From the NCBI GenBank assembly GCA_026770705.1, contig JANJGN010000008.1:170748001-170812000 (forward strand): a DNA stretch of 64,000 bases, written 5' to 3'. The notes beneath the pieces are model-generated. The model made no database searches, was not told where the DNA came from, and saw only the letters and a list, made by a program, of their open reading frames with translations. Position 1 is the first letter of the stretch, and each line of letters begins with the position of its first letter. The position numbers were made by a program, and so were the translations under genes. Source of the stretch: Isurus oxyrinchus (Eukaryota). This document shows positions 39,480 to 52,189 of the stretch, piece after piece.

Positions 39480-42400
39480 TTTCTATGCCCTTCCTTTGGA
39501 TTGTTGCCCATGGGCTAGCCCCATTTTCCCTTTATCTCTAAACTCACAGAATGTGAACATAGACCCATGTAGATAGATTTGAGAGTAGGGAGGAAGAACG
39601 GACACCAAAGATAATGGCAATATCAAGAAACGAACAACCAGACTCCACAATCAGCCCGTTTATATCAACGTGCCCTGTTCCTACAAGCTATTTGTCACCT
39701 TCTCCGCGATTATTTCTCCCGAGAAACTGACTAACACGAAGCCTTGCACACATCAGTGTTGTGTTGCAGAACAGCTGGAGTTCCCTCCGTTTTACTTTCG
39801 TAGGTTTAAACATCATTGGTTTTTAGCTGGGTGGGGTTTGCTGAAAAAAAGACCGGATTTAAAAAAAAGACATTTGTTGCAGTTAAAATCAGATAACGCT
39901 CATCAAGTCACCCCCGTCTATACAGGTCCAGCCACACAGACAGAAAGGCAAAAGTTAGTCACGAATTGTTTGGAGGATTCTTCGTGTGTGAATGCAGAAT
40001 GACGCAGTGGCTCCCCGCTTCAGGTCACGCTTAGAGGGTAAAGTTTACCCTCCGGCGTTACATGGAGGCTGAATGGGGACGAAATGAGGCCCTGAGGCCA
40101 GTTCACCGACCCGGCTCGTGGCCTGACTGAACTGTCCCTTTTGCCCCGGGCTCTGGCTGGGTCCTTCACTGGGCGCGTTCAGCACGCTGCCGCGGGACCT
40201 CGGTAAGACAAGAGCGGCTCAAGGCAATACCCCAGCCAACACCCCCCCACCCCCACCCCGGTTCAGGTTGGCTGTAGTCTGGAGGAACCGTCCAGCGCCT
40301 ACACTGTGTACATTGAAGAATAAAGCGAAATGTAAAGCCAGGAAGTTTCACCGCACCTGACAACTCCTGTTAACAGCTGGAGAAGTTTTAGTTCCGTTTC
40401 TTCGTATTGTCAATTGTTTTTACAGGATTGTTGGAATATTCATTTTAATTACTTTCCCCATTAGTTACACGGTAATTGGGGGGGGGGGAGGGGGGAGACT
40501 TTCACGTGAAAAGTTCTGGAAGAAGTTAGAAGGGGAGCCAGGTTTGAATGTGACAGGGGTGTTGGGGGGGTTGCCTCTTCACTCTGGAGTTAGCTGTACC
40601 CTGGAAGCTAGGTGGGGGAGGGGGGGGGGGGGGGGGGGTCGCTGCTTGGGTACTGAGGTAGAACCGAAGAAGATTCCTCTGTGTAAAACAGCCCGAGGGA
40701 CAACACGCCGGAAGGGTTCCGTGCGGTTTGGGAAGCGCTCGCAAAGAAGGTGGACAGACATTCGAGCTCTCTTCCTTCCTTTATACCGAGTCCCCAAACT
40801 ACAGGGGAAGTTATTAAAACGCGGACCAGGAAGTTTCATGTATAAATAGATGTTGTTTAACAATTAAATGAAACTGCCAGCGCGTAACATTCGGGTAGGG
40901 GGTGGGGGGGGGGGGGGGGGGGAGAGATATCCTAATGCGTGTGTGTGCGCGCTGACTAGAGTTATGTTGCTTTAAAGTGACCTCTTGGAAATAAATGGTA
41001 ATTTGGGGTTTGTTTGTGCTCATTGTGGATGTCCCTGCAGTTTTGTGCGGGGGTCGGGGAGGGGGGTGGGGGTGACTTGTAGCCCTGGGGAACACTGGCC
41101 TGAGGAGGCCCGGGCCTCATCTTACAAGAGAAGGTAAATCCCCGGAGAATTGACGGAATAGACAATGTAACAGCAGCAAAACCGGTGACTAATAGAACGC
41201 GCGGCGTTTACACAGTGAGTCAGAAGTTCCTTTCTTCGCTCCAGTTAGAACTCCGAAGGGGGCAGAAATCAGCAAACACTTCGGAAGTCTGTCCATCGCT
41301 GCGAACATCGTTGTTTGTAGTTGGCGCAAACCAAAAGAAATGAATACACTTTGGAGCCTGTGGTGTAATTATGTGTGAACCGGAATGACATTGACAACTA
41401 TTTCTGTCACCTGGCTTACTGACAGTGCACTGAACGGTGTGATATATGCTGAGGTACACAAAAGGGAAAAAAAAAACAATGTTTTGTGGAGCTGATGGCT
41501 GCAAGACCCGCCATGTTATGTGTACAGGGAAATCTCTCTCAGCAGCCTAACATTTAATACACAACACGTTGCAAGTGATAAGTCCGACTCCCGGCCGGCC
41601 ACACCATCACTTCACTGCAGCGTTTCGTTGAAGAAGATGAACCAGCCAATCCAGCTCAAAAAGTCACTTCCAGCATTTTTTTTTTTGTTTTTGCTTTTGT
41701 TTTTGTTTCAGATTTCCAGCATCCGCAGTATTTTGCCTTTATCAAAAAAAAAAGTAATTCATTGTGTGAAGTAGTTTGAGGCATTTAAGGCGCCATATAA
41801 ATGCAGATAGTTTTTTTTAAAAAAAAAACTTCACCTGTTGAGAAACAGAAGCCGCCATACAAAGCCATTTTAAAAAAAAAAAAATTCTTCAAACAAGGCC
41901 GTAACCGAAAGGGTGAATTGTGGAAGATGGTAAACACCAACCCGAATTGCACAGACCAGCAAACGGATTGAGGGATTCGGAATGAAGTCGTTTGATTTGA
42001 GTTAGGAAACGCATAGCGAATCAGACAGAATAATTTTTTAAAAAAATGTTTTCTTAGCCAACGTGACTACTTTTTAACGTGTTAATCGTCTATCTGCGCG
42101 TTTGATAAAAGGAAATTCTATTTGTAACTTGTAACGCGGTTTTGAAGCCAGTAGAATGGCGAAAAGCAAATCTGGTATTTGTAACACCTGAAAACCACTC
42201 AGTCCAGACTCACCTCTTTTAACACTTCATGTTGATCTAACTTTTCAGTTCATCGCTGGCAGTTTTCTTCAGCCACTATATGGTGGGATGGATTTATTTG
42301 TTTTATTTACGTGTGCTGCAGGATAGTCTGCTTCATATCTGGGTAACTCATCTCCGACCAGGTGAGTCTGGCTGTAAACAGCACCAATCTGTTAATAAGT

Positions 42401-44559
42401 AGGCGAATAAGTTTCAGGACCCGCAGGATAAAAAAAATAAAGTTGCAATGTCACTATAAAAACAGGTATATCGGCATGGTTCTTTCATGTGGATGTAAAC
42501 GGACTAGTTTTCTTGATTATAAAGTATGAAAAAGTAAAACTGCCGCACGATGCAGCCTGAAATGGACATGACTTGCAAAAAAGATGCACGGGATTGATTA
42601 TCTTGCATCAATTCAGAAATATGAGCGAATTTAAAGTTGTTAATTCACCCCGCCTTAACTCTTACCCATTTTAATGAAATACAGGCGAGCGAAATAGCAG
42701 GGATCACAGGAGAAAGCTTTAACTCGACCCGAGACCAGGTCTCTAGTTGTAATATGAAGAAAGGCATTAAAGTGTGTAGGGATTGATGAAGTGGGAGAGA
42801 CATATATACCAATGTATTTATTATTATTCTTTACTGACTCCTCATATCAATATATCCATACAGGCCAGTTGTGCACAAGTGCTTAATAGTTCATGTAACG
42901 ATAATATAACATCACTGCAGTGTTCTGCAGTGTCCAGCAGCCCACTGCATTTACAATAGCACCAGCTTGAATGCCAGCATCTTTTAACATTCTGAAACAA
43001 CATGACACAAATTATGAAGAGGCAAAAGATAAGATGTGAGCAGGCTGCCTGACTCTTCTGTTGTCTCTGAATTTAAACGTTCTTGTCTCTACATTTGAAG
43101 ATTGCAAGTCATAACACATACATTGCTGAGCAGACGCTCTTGCTCCTTTTGTATTGTAATGGTAGTGCAATGTGGTACTGATAGTTTGCACCAAACAATC
43201 GTGTACATCTTCAGAATGGGGTGCAGTGAGGACATTCACTTTGACAAAGGCATTATGTAGAAGTGGAATGTGGCTCCTCATGCCAGCAGTAATGCAATGC
43301 ATTGCAGGTGAAATATCCAAAAATACTAAACACAGTGAGTCCAGCAAGGCCCCTCCCATCAGTAATGCAGTAAGTCTGTGACTTGGGATCACTGTTCACG
43401 TGAGTGGATACTGACAATTTTTACTTCCTTAGCCATTGAAGCACAGAATTGAGCCACATTGAGATAAACAAGGAGAGGCATAGAGGCAGGAATATCTTGA
43501 AGCCAAAGCAGGAAAACTCCAGCATCACATGCATACCAGGCAAATGGCATCTGGTTGTTGTGAACCTATTTTGCAGTCCTTCATTCTTTTACGATGATGA
43601 CTGCTAGAGTAACATGAACTTTACATCTTTTAGATATTCAGTGGGGAAGGAGGAAACATAAAGACAACTCAACATTGAAAATCTGTCCATGAGAAAGTGA
43701 TTAAATCTATTTGTAGAGCTCACTGGGTCTCAGACAACAACCAGATTTGCCCTCCTGTTGTTGGGGCTCAGTCTGCTGCTGGCACTTGAAGTGTATGTAG
43801 CTGGGGATGTGGTGAAAGAAAGCTTCAGTTACTTGTTAATGTAATAGTGTGTGGCACAGTATCTGTCTCTTGCATCTGTGGGTGTCTGAAAAACAATATG
43901 TGGCATAAATATTGAAGAAAATGGCACCTTTCACTGCTGCAATATGGATAGCCATTTGTGTCTTCAAGAACTAGGTAGCACATCTCAGTTATAGGCACAA
44001 CAAATATGCCAAGTACGCAGTGCTCCTCTGCTGGCCCAAGTAACTGACAGCAATATGATACAACTGCTTCCCAGCATTGTCTGGCAATCATCTACCTCAT
44101 AGTTAACCTGTGATTCTGCAGCAGCTCTTGCAGTTGTACATGGTATAAATTTGGCTATAATGGCCATTGCATGCATTTTCTGGGGATTAAAAAAATCCAG
44201 TGTGCTATGCTATGTTGATGTGTGACACTCTTATGCCTTTTTTTTCACAATGTTTACTCATCTTCTGAATGGCCATCATGTTCTGTAATATCCCCAGAGC
44301 TGCAGGTCTTAAATACGTCTTTAATAAGATCTCCATAGTCATAAAAGTGAGCACTTTCCTCTCCCACTCATTACACCAATTTCAGGCTGTGAAAGAAAAA
44401 CAAACCAGTGACAATAATTCCAGAAAATTAGATAATTGCCTTCCCTTCCGCAATTTAGTTAGGAAAATATACTCCTAATTAACTATCTTCCAATTAAAGA
44501 TTGGAAGACTGAAACCATTGTAGCCCTGCTACAAGCTCTGTTCCCTAGCCACTAACACC

Positions 44560-45305
44560 ACTCTTCTCCCAGGCAGCAGCCTGGGGCTGAACCAGACTGT
44601 TTACAATATTGGTCTCATACTTGACCCTGAGAGGAGACTCCGACCATATATCCGTGCCTTCACTAAGACCACCTACCTCTACCTCCATAGCATCAGTTCA
44701 TCTGCTGCTGAAACACTCATTCAAGCCTTCTTTCCATATAGGTGGGACTATTCCAGTGCACTCCTGACTGGTCTCTCACGTTCTGACCTCTGTCAACCTA
44801 AGGTCATCCAAATCTCTGTTGCCCAGGTCCTAACTCACGTCAAGTCCCGTTCATTCATTACCCCCATGCTTGCTGATCAACCTCGGCTCTTGGTTAAGCA
44901 ATGCCTCAATTTAAACATTTTCATTCTTGTTTTCAAATTACTCTATGGCCTCCCCCTCCCTACTTTTGTAAATTCCTCCAGCCATTCAAGCCTCCCAGCT
45001 ATCTGTGCTCCTCTAAATCTGGTCTCTTTAGCATCCCTGATTTTAATTGTTCTACCATTGGTGCCCATTCCTTCAGCTGACAAGGCCCTAAGCTCTAGAA
45101 TTCCCTCCTTAAACCCCACTACCTCTCTAACTTTCTTTCCTCCCTTGAGACAATCCTTAAAACCCCTCTCTTTGACTGAGTTGTCGGTCATCTACCCTAA
45201 TATTTCCTTATCTGGCTTCATGTCAAATTTTGCTTTCTAATGCTCCTTTGAAACACCTTGAGACATTTCATTATGTTAAAGGTGCTGTATAAAAATGAGT
45301 TGTTG
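44560..45305 (+). mobile_element. L2-clade LINE 3' fragment
   Basis: Degenerate AAETLIQAF...DYSSALLTGL...KVIQ, matching the L2 ORF2 C-terminus; tail aaaggtgctgtataaaaatgagttgttg is like the L2 3' end. Confidence 0.8.
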
Positions 45306-46899
45306 TGATAATTCACTAGAGAATATAAACAAGGTAGGAGTACTTAGTTCCAATTGCTTAAATCTACTTCAGGCTTCCCAACATTTTGAATCCACGTGGA
45401 AACCCATGTTTCAGGTTTTTCTTGTTACCTGTTTGCTATGTTATGTAGATTGCTAATCTGTGGATTTGCTAATCCTGGACAAGATTATGACATCTCCTGT
45501 GAATCAATCCTTCCCATATGATCTCTTAAAAAAAATTCTGGATTTTTCTGGTAAAATTTCATTTTAAAACTAGAACACATTTTGCAATCTGGCTACAATA
45601 AAATCAATCTAATTTTATAACAACACCAAGTCTTTACTGAATGTCAAAGAACAGAAAGTTCTATTAAAAGTCTGCTGAATATGCCCAGATAAATACTCCT
45701 TGTAAATATTCACAAAAATTGGTAGACATACATCACAGTTGAGTGTGATAATACCACGGAATCTGAACGTATGCATATGGAATCTTAAAAACCCCTTGCA
45801 CTCTTTAACACACCACTTTAAATCAGTTCTGGCAATTTGCAATATTTAAAAAAATTCCCAAGATCTAAAAGGTAAGGAAAGTTTAAACACACATTGTGAG
45901 CAAAATTACACTAAGCTGCCAATATATTGTTGGAAGGCAGATGTAAGTTTATTTTCTTTTTGATTTTCCCAGGAGAGGTTTGTTCAAGATAGAAATAGTT
46001 ATCATTCTTGTCCTCCAGGTCCCAGTATTTGCTGCCATAAAAGAGCTCTATGAATGCACCCTTGAAACCATGCATCGCGCTCTGTTCTAAGGGTGGCAAA
46101 CATTAGTAAGATTGTTTGATCTTTAGGAACAGTAAAAACATAAAAGGTTTCAGAAATTCTCAGAAGTCCAATAAAGTATTTGTGGCTCTAGTAAAATTCA
46201 GTTTTACATCAAGTTAGAGTTATACTGCAGCTGGTATGAACTCAAGCTGATGTGAGACTACCTCCTTAGTGGTGCAAATGTACTTGGGCATCAGACCAGG
46301 ATCTGAAACCTGAATTATACTCCTACTTCTATGCCTGTGCACCAAAAACCACTTTGCATCAATGAAATAGTGGCATAACTATGGCTTTAATCTTTTACAT
46401 TGATAACTCAAGAGTCAACATTACCAGTGTACACTGTTTAGTCTAAATTTTAAAAATGTGTAATTTCTAGTCCAGAAAATAGATGTATAAAACTATTGAT
46501 CTATGTAGTAGTGAAAGTGTTAACTGTTTTATTGTATAAAAGAAGTCATTAGGTATTAAACTGTAAAATAGATTGCTGTAGTTTGACTTTAAGATCAGTA
46601 TTGGTACCACAGTTCCCAACCCTGCTGTTTCACAAGCTGTTGTTTTGCTACGTACTGTATTTGTTTAGTGATGTCTAATGACTTGAGCATTCAGATTGTA
46701 TCTAAAATGGTAAACACAAAGCAGCACAATTATAGAAGAGCTAACAACAGTGTCATGGCTGCAGACGTTAATGTAGGAAATTGATATCAATCCAAGCATA
46801 ACTCCTCAGTATTTAATTTTGACTCTGGTACAAATCATTCTTCATGCTTAGTATTGAAACATGTACTGGAATATGTTACACTTACATTCTGATCTCATA

Positions 46900-47847
46900 G
46901 GTCCACAGATCACATTCTCATATTGGAATACCTTGCTGTACATTCAAAATGGAAATCCATCAAGCAGTGGTCCACAGGTAATGTCCTCAAGGCCCTTTGG
47001 GAAAAGAAGATGATGGGTTCTGCTGGATGGTTCCCTGAGCAGATTGTCAAAGTCATTTGTCAGAATGCCTCATCACCAGAACTTTCGAACAAGAACTGGA
47101 ACATAGTTTGGTTGGTGATGAGAAGGGCCCTCCCCATTAGATCCTTCATGCACACCTGGAGTCTCAGTGCCACCACACACTGCTCTCAAGGCAGCTGTGA
47201 TAGGGAAGGGACACAGTTGCCCACCTCCTTCTGGAATGTGCCTTTCCAAAGAAGGTCTGAGAAAAGATGCTGTGGTTATTATCATGGTTAAATCCCGAGC
47301 AGTTCCACAATGCTGGACTCTGTGCTCTATGGGCTGTTCCCAGGGATGCACAATGAGACAGACATCAACTACTGCTGGAGGCCATCAATTCAGTGAAAGA
47401 TACTCTTTGATCTGCCCGAATTTGTTAGTCTTTGAGTACAAGGAGCTGTCCATGGCTGACTGTTGCAGATTGGTGCATTCCAAGGTCCAGTACTTTGTGC
47501 TGAGGGGTGCATTAAAGCTTGGGACAGATGCTGCAAAGGCTCAATGAGGACAGGTCACGGTCTAGGCCCTCCACCCAAAGTAGGCTGAGGGGCTAGTAAC
47601 TGCGTTAAACCTCTCGGACCTTGTGCACCAAAGAACATTTCACATGAAATGTAGATGGAAATTGTAAATAAGACCTGTACGTTTGGCTTGGCACTATTAA
47701 TATAAGTGTGGTGTGGCACCACAGTGTGCCATGTACTGGATTGGAAGAAATTGAACAGTATTGCACTTTTTGTAAGGTCATATTTGGACTGTTTATAATA
47801 TACTTTTCCAAATTTTATGAATAAAGTAAATTTTTCAGGACAAAAAC
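46900..47847 (+). mobile_element. Tx1/L1-type LINE 3' fragment (ORF2 C-terminal zinc-knuckle region, disrupted)
   Basis: GWFPEQIVKVICQNASSPELSNKNWNIVWLVMRRALPIRSFMH...HC....C...HLLLEC...CCRLVHSKVQYFVLRGALKLG; ends with aataaa and an A-rich tail at 47820-47847. Confidence 0.85.
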
Positions 47848-48018
47848 CAAGTATTATATTTACATGCACAATGGGTTCACTTTGAAAATGGCAATTCTTT
47901 ATTGGTTAGTAACTATTGTTTGCAAAGTCTTCTTTAAGTCACTGTCAAATCACCATTAGAACATTGCATGCACATGTATACATGTGCAAATTGGGCGTGA
48001 TCAATCTGCAGTATTACA

Positions 48019-48695
48019 TTTTAACTCCAATAATTATATATAAGGAAAGGATGAGTCTGAAGCTGGTCTTTTACCTCAAGCAGGTTTATCCTACAGCCAG
48101 CTCAACAGAGTGACAGACTCCCAGTTCCCTTCCCCACTGGAGTGTTTTTTTAATCTTTAGAATAGTCGACCTAAACAGAGTTGGTGTATTTTGTGACCGT
48201 TTTCGTGCCTTCAGAGACCGGCGTGTTTGGCCAGTGCTCCTGGCAGCAGGAGGCAGACAGCGCTCTGGATCTCCTTAGCCAAGACGATGTGACACTTGTT
48301 GTAGCAAATGAGGTCCGAGGCCTTGGAGGTGATGCGCTCAAAAATGTCGACAACAGAAGAGCTTATGACACTCACGGCCTTGGACTGGATCCTGGTGGAA
48401 GGGTGGACCTGGGTCAACACCCCGTACATGTAAATAGAATAGCTCTGCTTGCGAGATTTCCTCTACTTCCTGGGCGGCTTCCTGGTGACTTTAGTCAGCG
48501 ACTGTTTTGACGCCTTGTGGGATGGACCACCCTTAACCACAGCCGCCACCTCAGGCATTCCACTCGACTTGGACCAACTGGATGAGTCAATGCCCATCAC
48601 CTGTTTCAACAATACTATTGTCTTAACAATATAATTGCCAGTCAACGTGATGATTGTTACTGGACCTTGACAAAGACATTGCTGATACACTGACA
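48019..48695 (-). repeat. 3' LTR (U3 about 48580-48695; R/U5 about 48019-48148), split by the H2B copy
   Basis: 48019-48148 aligns to 56236-56364 with about 10 mismatches; 48580-48695 aligns to 56565-56696. Confidence 0.9.
48171..48558 (-). pseudogene. H2B: Histone H2B variant pseudogene, full length, intronless
   Basis: [127 protein letters not shown]. In-frame TAG at 48463-48465 and a +1 frameshift near 48220. Confidence 0.93.
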
Positions 48696-48715
48696 GCTCT
48701 CCCTTTTTTTCTTTT
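48696..48715 (-). other. Polypurine tract of the Copia element
   Basis: Minus-strand A/G tract ending GGGAGAGC directly before the TGTCAG of the 3' LTR. Confidence 0.8.
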
Positions 48716-48889
48716 AAATTAAAGCTTTTGAAAAATTCAGAACATTTTTTTCAAATCAAACTAAAGGAAATAAAGTCACATATTTTCACATTATCAATCC
48801 CACATTTCCTTTACCATAAATACAAACAGTTAGAAAGCAGACAAAATATTGGTTTTCCATTATAAGACACCCTTCTTCCAATACATTTA

Positions 48890-51800
48890 GGGCGGAATTT
48901 TCCGTGCCTGTTGGCTGCAGGATGATAGTTGGCGTGAGCGGACAATATGTTTCACAACAGTGGGAAGGCAGGTTGCGATTGTCCACTCAGCCTGCTGATG
49001 GCCATTGGCTGTCGGGAACCTCATTGTAATTCATCAGCACATCATTATTAGGCCATCCTGCCAAGGTCCTTGTACCCCCGCTGGATCGTCCGTCCACCTC
49101 AGCGGGAAAGCACGCTGACGTGTTTCACAAGAGTACAGAGGCAGCGTGCACTTTGGGTGGATCGGAGGTGAACGCACAGAACGTTCTGCAGAGCTCGCCG
49201 GGGTCACCTGCTGCTTTGCAGGCTTCAGGGGCACCGGAGGGTCAGGGTTAAGTGCCGCCCTGCCTGACTGGTGGTGGGGGGGAAAATCAGGGGCAAGTGC
49301 AGCCCTGCCTCTGAAGCATATTTTTGAGGGTGAGGGGGAAGGGTGGGGGGGGGTGAGGGGGGCAAGTGCAGCCTTGCCATCGAGATGATTGGTAGTGGGG
49401 GCGGGTGGTGGTAGTTAAGGGCAGCCCTGCCATTGAATATAGTGCACCAGCCTTTGGGGTTGGGGGGTGGGGGAGGGGGGCCGGGGGGTGGGGGGTAGTG
49501 GGGGTGGGTAGGGTGCACAAGGGAAGTAGCCATGCATTCGGGAAACCTGTACAAAGTGATCATTCCTCTGCAACTGAGACAGTTCGGGCGCAGCCACATT
49601 AAGATGATTAGGTTGGTCTCCTAGCTTGTCTGTCCACTCAAGCAACACAGAGGCATCAAAGTGCCATGAAGTTCTGCAGAGCTCCCTGTCCCTGGCACAG
49701 ACTGCAAATTCAAGAGCACTTTAGTAGGCTGCAGAGCAGTTGGACTGAACAGGTTGCACAAACTCCTTATTAAAGCTGACCTTGGAGCAGTCACTGCTGG
49801 AGGTGCTTACAGCCCCTTGCAATGTCAGTATCCTGGTTTGGGTCACTCTCCCCCCCCATGGTTCAAGCTAACAGCTCAGCCATGCAGCGCACTAACCTCT
49901 GGCCATCCAAGTGGTGGCCAGCACTCTCCGGGATGCAGTAATGGGCTGTCACACTTAACCAGGGCAGGTTCTTTGTGCACCCAAGGAGGAGTACATCAGG
50001 ATCATGGAGCCTGGTGAACTAGCTGTATGCCTGATGGCCTACAGAGTGTGAAGAAGAAGGCAGAGGAGAGAGTGACTGAGGCTCCTGGCTGCATAGAGGG
50101 AGGAACAGCAACCTCAGGAAGAAATGGTGGCTGGGTCTCCCTCACACACCGTCCAAGGGCCTCAGTGAGTCGTTGCTGGTCAGCGCCTAATGACACCCAG
50201 GGTCATTATACACCGCCTTTCATTCCTGCAGATGACCGAGAACTAGTGTCGCCGAAGACTGCATATATCTAGGGAACTGGTCGCTCACATCTGCCACTTA
50301 CTGCAGGATTTGGCACCATAGGGACATGGAGGGCATCCACTGCCAGAGGTTGTGAAAGTGACCACGGTGCTCGATTTCTATGCCAGTGGCTCCTTCCAGG
50401 GCTCCACAGGTGACCTCCATGGGATTTCTCAAGCCTCCACCCACAAATGTATCCATGAGGTCATGAATGCCATCTTCATGAAGGCACACAACTTTGTGCA
50501 TTTTGCCCGGTGCCAGGACAGCCATGATGCAAGAGCAATTGGATTCACCCAGATCTCGGGTTTCCCTCAGGTGTAGGGAGCGATTGACTGCGCTCATGTG
50601 GTGCTCAGATCTCTGACGCAACACGTGGTGAACTACATCAACTGCAAGGGCTTCCATTTGCTGAATGTGCAGCTGGTATGTGACCACCTGAAATGCATCC
50701 TGTAGGTGTGGACATGGTTTCCAGGGAGTGTGCATGATGCCTACATCCTCAGTCGGTCACAGATCCCTGGAGTCTTTCAGGGTCCACAGAGGCTGCAGGG
50801 ATGGCTCCTCGGGGACAAGGGCTACCTTTGGAGGCTGTGGTTGATGACACTCGTGCAGCGGCCTGAGACTGCAACAGAGCAAAGGTATAATGAGGCTCAT
50901 GCTGCAGCTCGCAACTTGGTGGAGCAGACCATAGGGTTGCTGAAGATGAGGTTCCGGTGCCTGCATTGGTCTGATGGTGCCCTGCAATACAGTCCACAGA
51001 GGGTGCCACGCATCATCATCGCCTGCTGTGCCCTTTACAACCTGGCATTCCAATGGGAAGAGGAGCTGCACGTCTCCTCCGGTGAGGAGGACACTGACAG
51101 GGATTAGACAGAGGAGGTCCTTGGAGGCGACGACGATGGGGATGAGGCCCTCGCGCTGGCTAGACAAGGCAGGCACACTTGGGAGGCCCTCATAGCTGCC
51201 AGATTTGTGAAGGATAATGACAACACGCAGTAAGGTGACTGCATAAATCCTCACGTCGCATTTGTGAATGTTTGACTCCAGCCTGGCTTATGGCAGCTCG
51301 AATACCCTCTGTGATAATCTCCCGTCATGGAGGCACGGTGGAGGCCCTAATAGTCGCTCAATTGCAGGAGGATGATGACAGCAAACAGTGAGGACACTCC
51401 ATAAATCTTCACACAGCCTTTGAGAATGTCTGACTCCTGTCCGGCCAAGGGCAGCTTGCCTGTGCTCCGTGATCAGGGTCATATCATAGAGATGCAGCCA
51501 TGAAACTTTAGAAACATCTGATGCTTTTGTCCACCTTCAGCACCTGAGCCCTTCAGGAGCACAGCATCAGTGGTCTCAGATGCTGAAGAGATGGGGGCCA
51601 GCCCCACCTTAAAAGTGCTGAGGGCACATCAGGAGAATGAGAGAACTCTGTGGTGCCTGCCTACTACATTCTGGTAGCATCGACAAGCGCTACCTAGGTG
51701 CAGCATTAGTAATGTCTCCGGGGAGTGTTAGGCTGGACCATCACTTTAGTCTGAAGGCTGCAGAGCACAGAGAAGAGGCCCTGGACTGAGACACCTACCT

Positions 51801-52175
51801 GTGTCTTTTGCAGAAAGGTTTCACATCTGAGTGACAAGAACATTGCTCATCAGCACATGGAGCCATAGGCAGGGAGACATTCTTGGGAGTTTATTGACAA
51901 TAATGAATAGTATGTACAAGTGATCAACACCCGTGGCCAGGCTGTGCAACTAACTCTCCTTAACTGTCCAATCCCTGCCACTACGTCTTGGTGCTCCATG
52001 GATATCCACAGTGGAGGTGGAGACATGCTGACTGCTATGCCCTGTCTGGTGGGCGTCCTCTGTGGGGCCGAGACTTGGAAGGTCCCGGCTGGATTTCAGG
52101 GTCCTGCTGTGTGGCAGTGGGACCCTCCGTGGCCTGTGGAGCTGGAGCTGCTGAGGTCACAGGAAGACTGTGAGA
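48890..52175 (+). mobile_element. PIF/Harbinger DNA transposon, right end deleted, inserted at the end of Copia pol
   Basis: Left TIR-like GGGCGGAATTTTCC preceded by TTA; contains a transposase; probable convergent second-ORF tail at 52035-52175 with a minus-strand AATAAA near 51890. Confidence 0.85.
50004..51233 (+). pseudogene. Harbinger (HARBI1-like) DDE transposase with several premature stops
   Basis: LDFYASGSFQ..GD..GISQ, GFPQV*GAIDCAHV, KGFHLLNVQLVCD, FPGSVHDAYIL, WLLGDKGY, YNEAHAAARNLVEQTIGLLKMRFRCL, IIIACCALYN, all in one frame. Confidence 0.92.
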
Positions 52176-52189
52176 GTTGAGTGATGAGA

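Noticed and set aside
38918-39518. 197-aa and 194-aa repetitive ORFs, or a CRISPR-like array
   Set aside because: By-products of a stop-free 21-bp tandem repeat. There are no unique spacers and no cas genes, and the context is eukaryotic.
48171-48558. Functional H2B gene or histone cluster
   Set aside because: Internal stop, frameshift, no stem-loop, and no other histone genes nearby.
50004-51233. Domesticated HARBI1 host gene
   Set aside because: Multiple premature stops, a TIR-like end, and nesting inside a retrotransposon.
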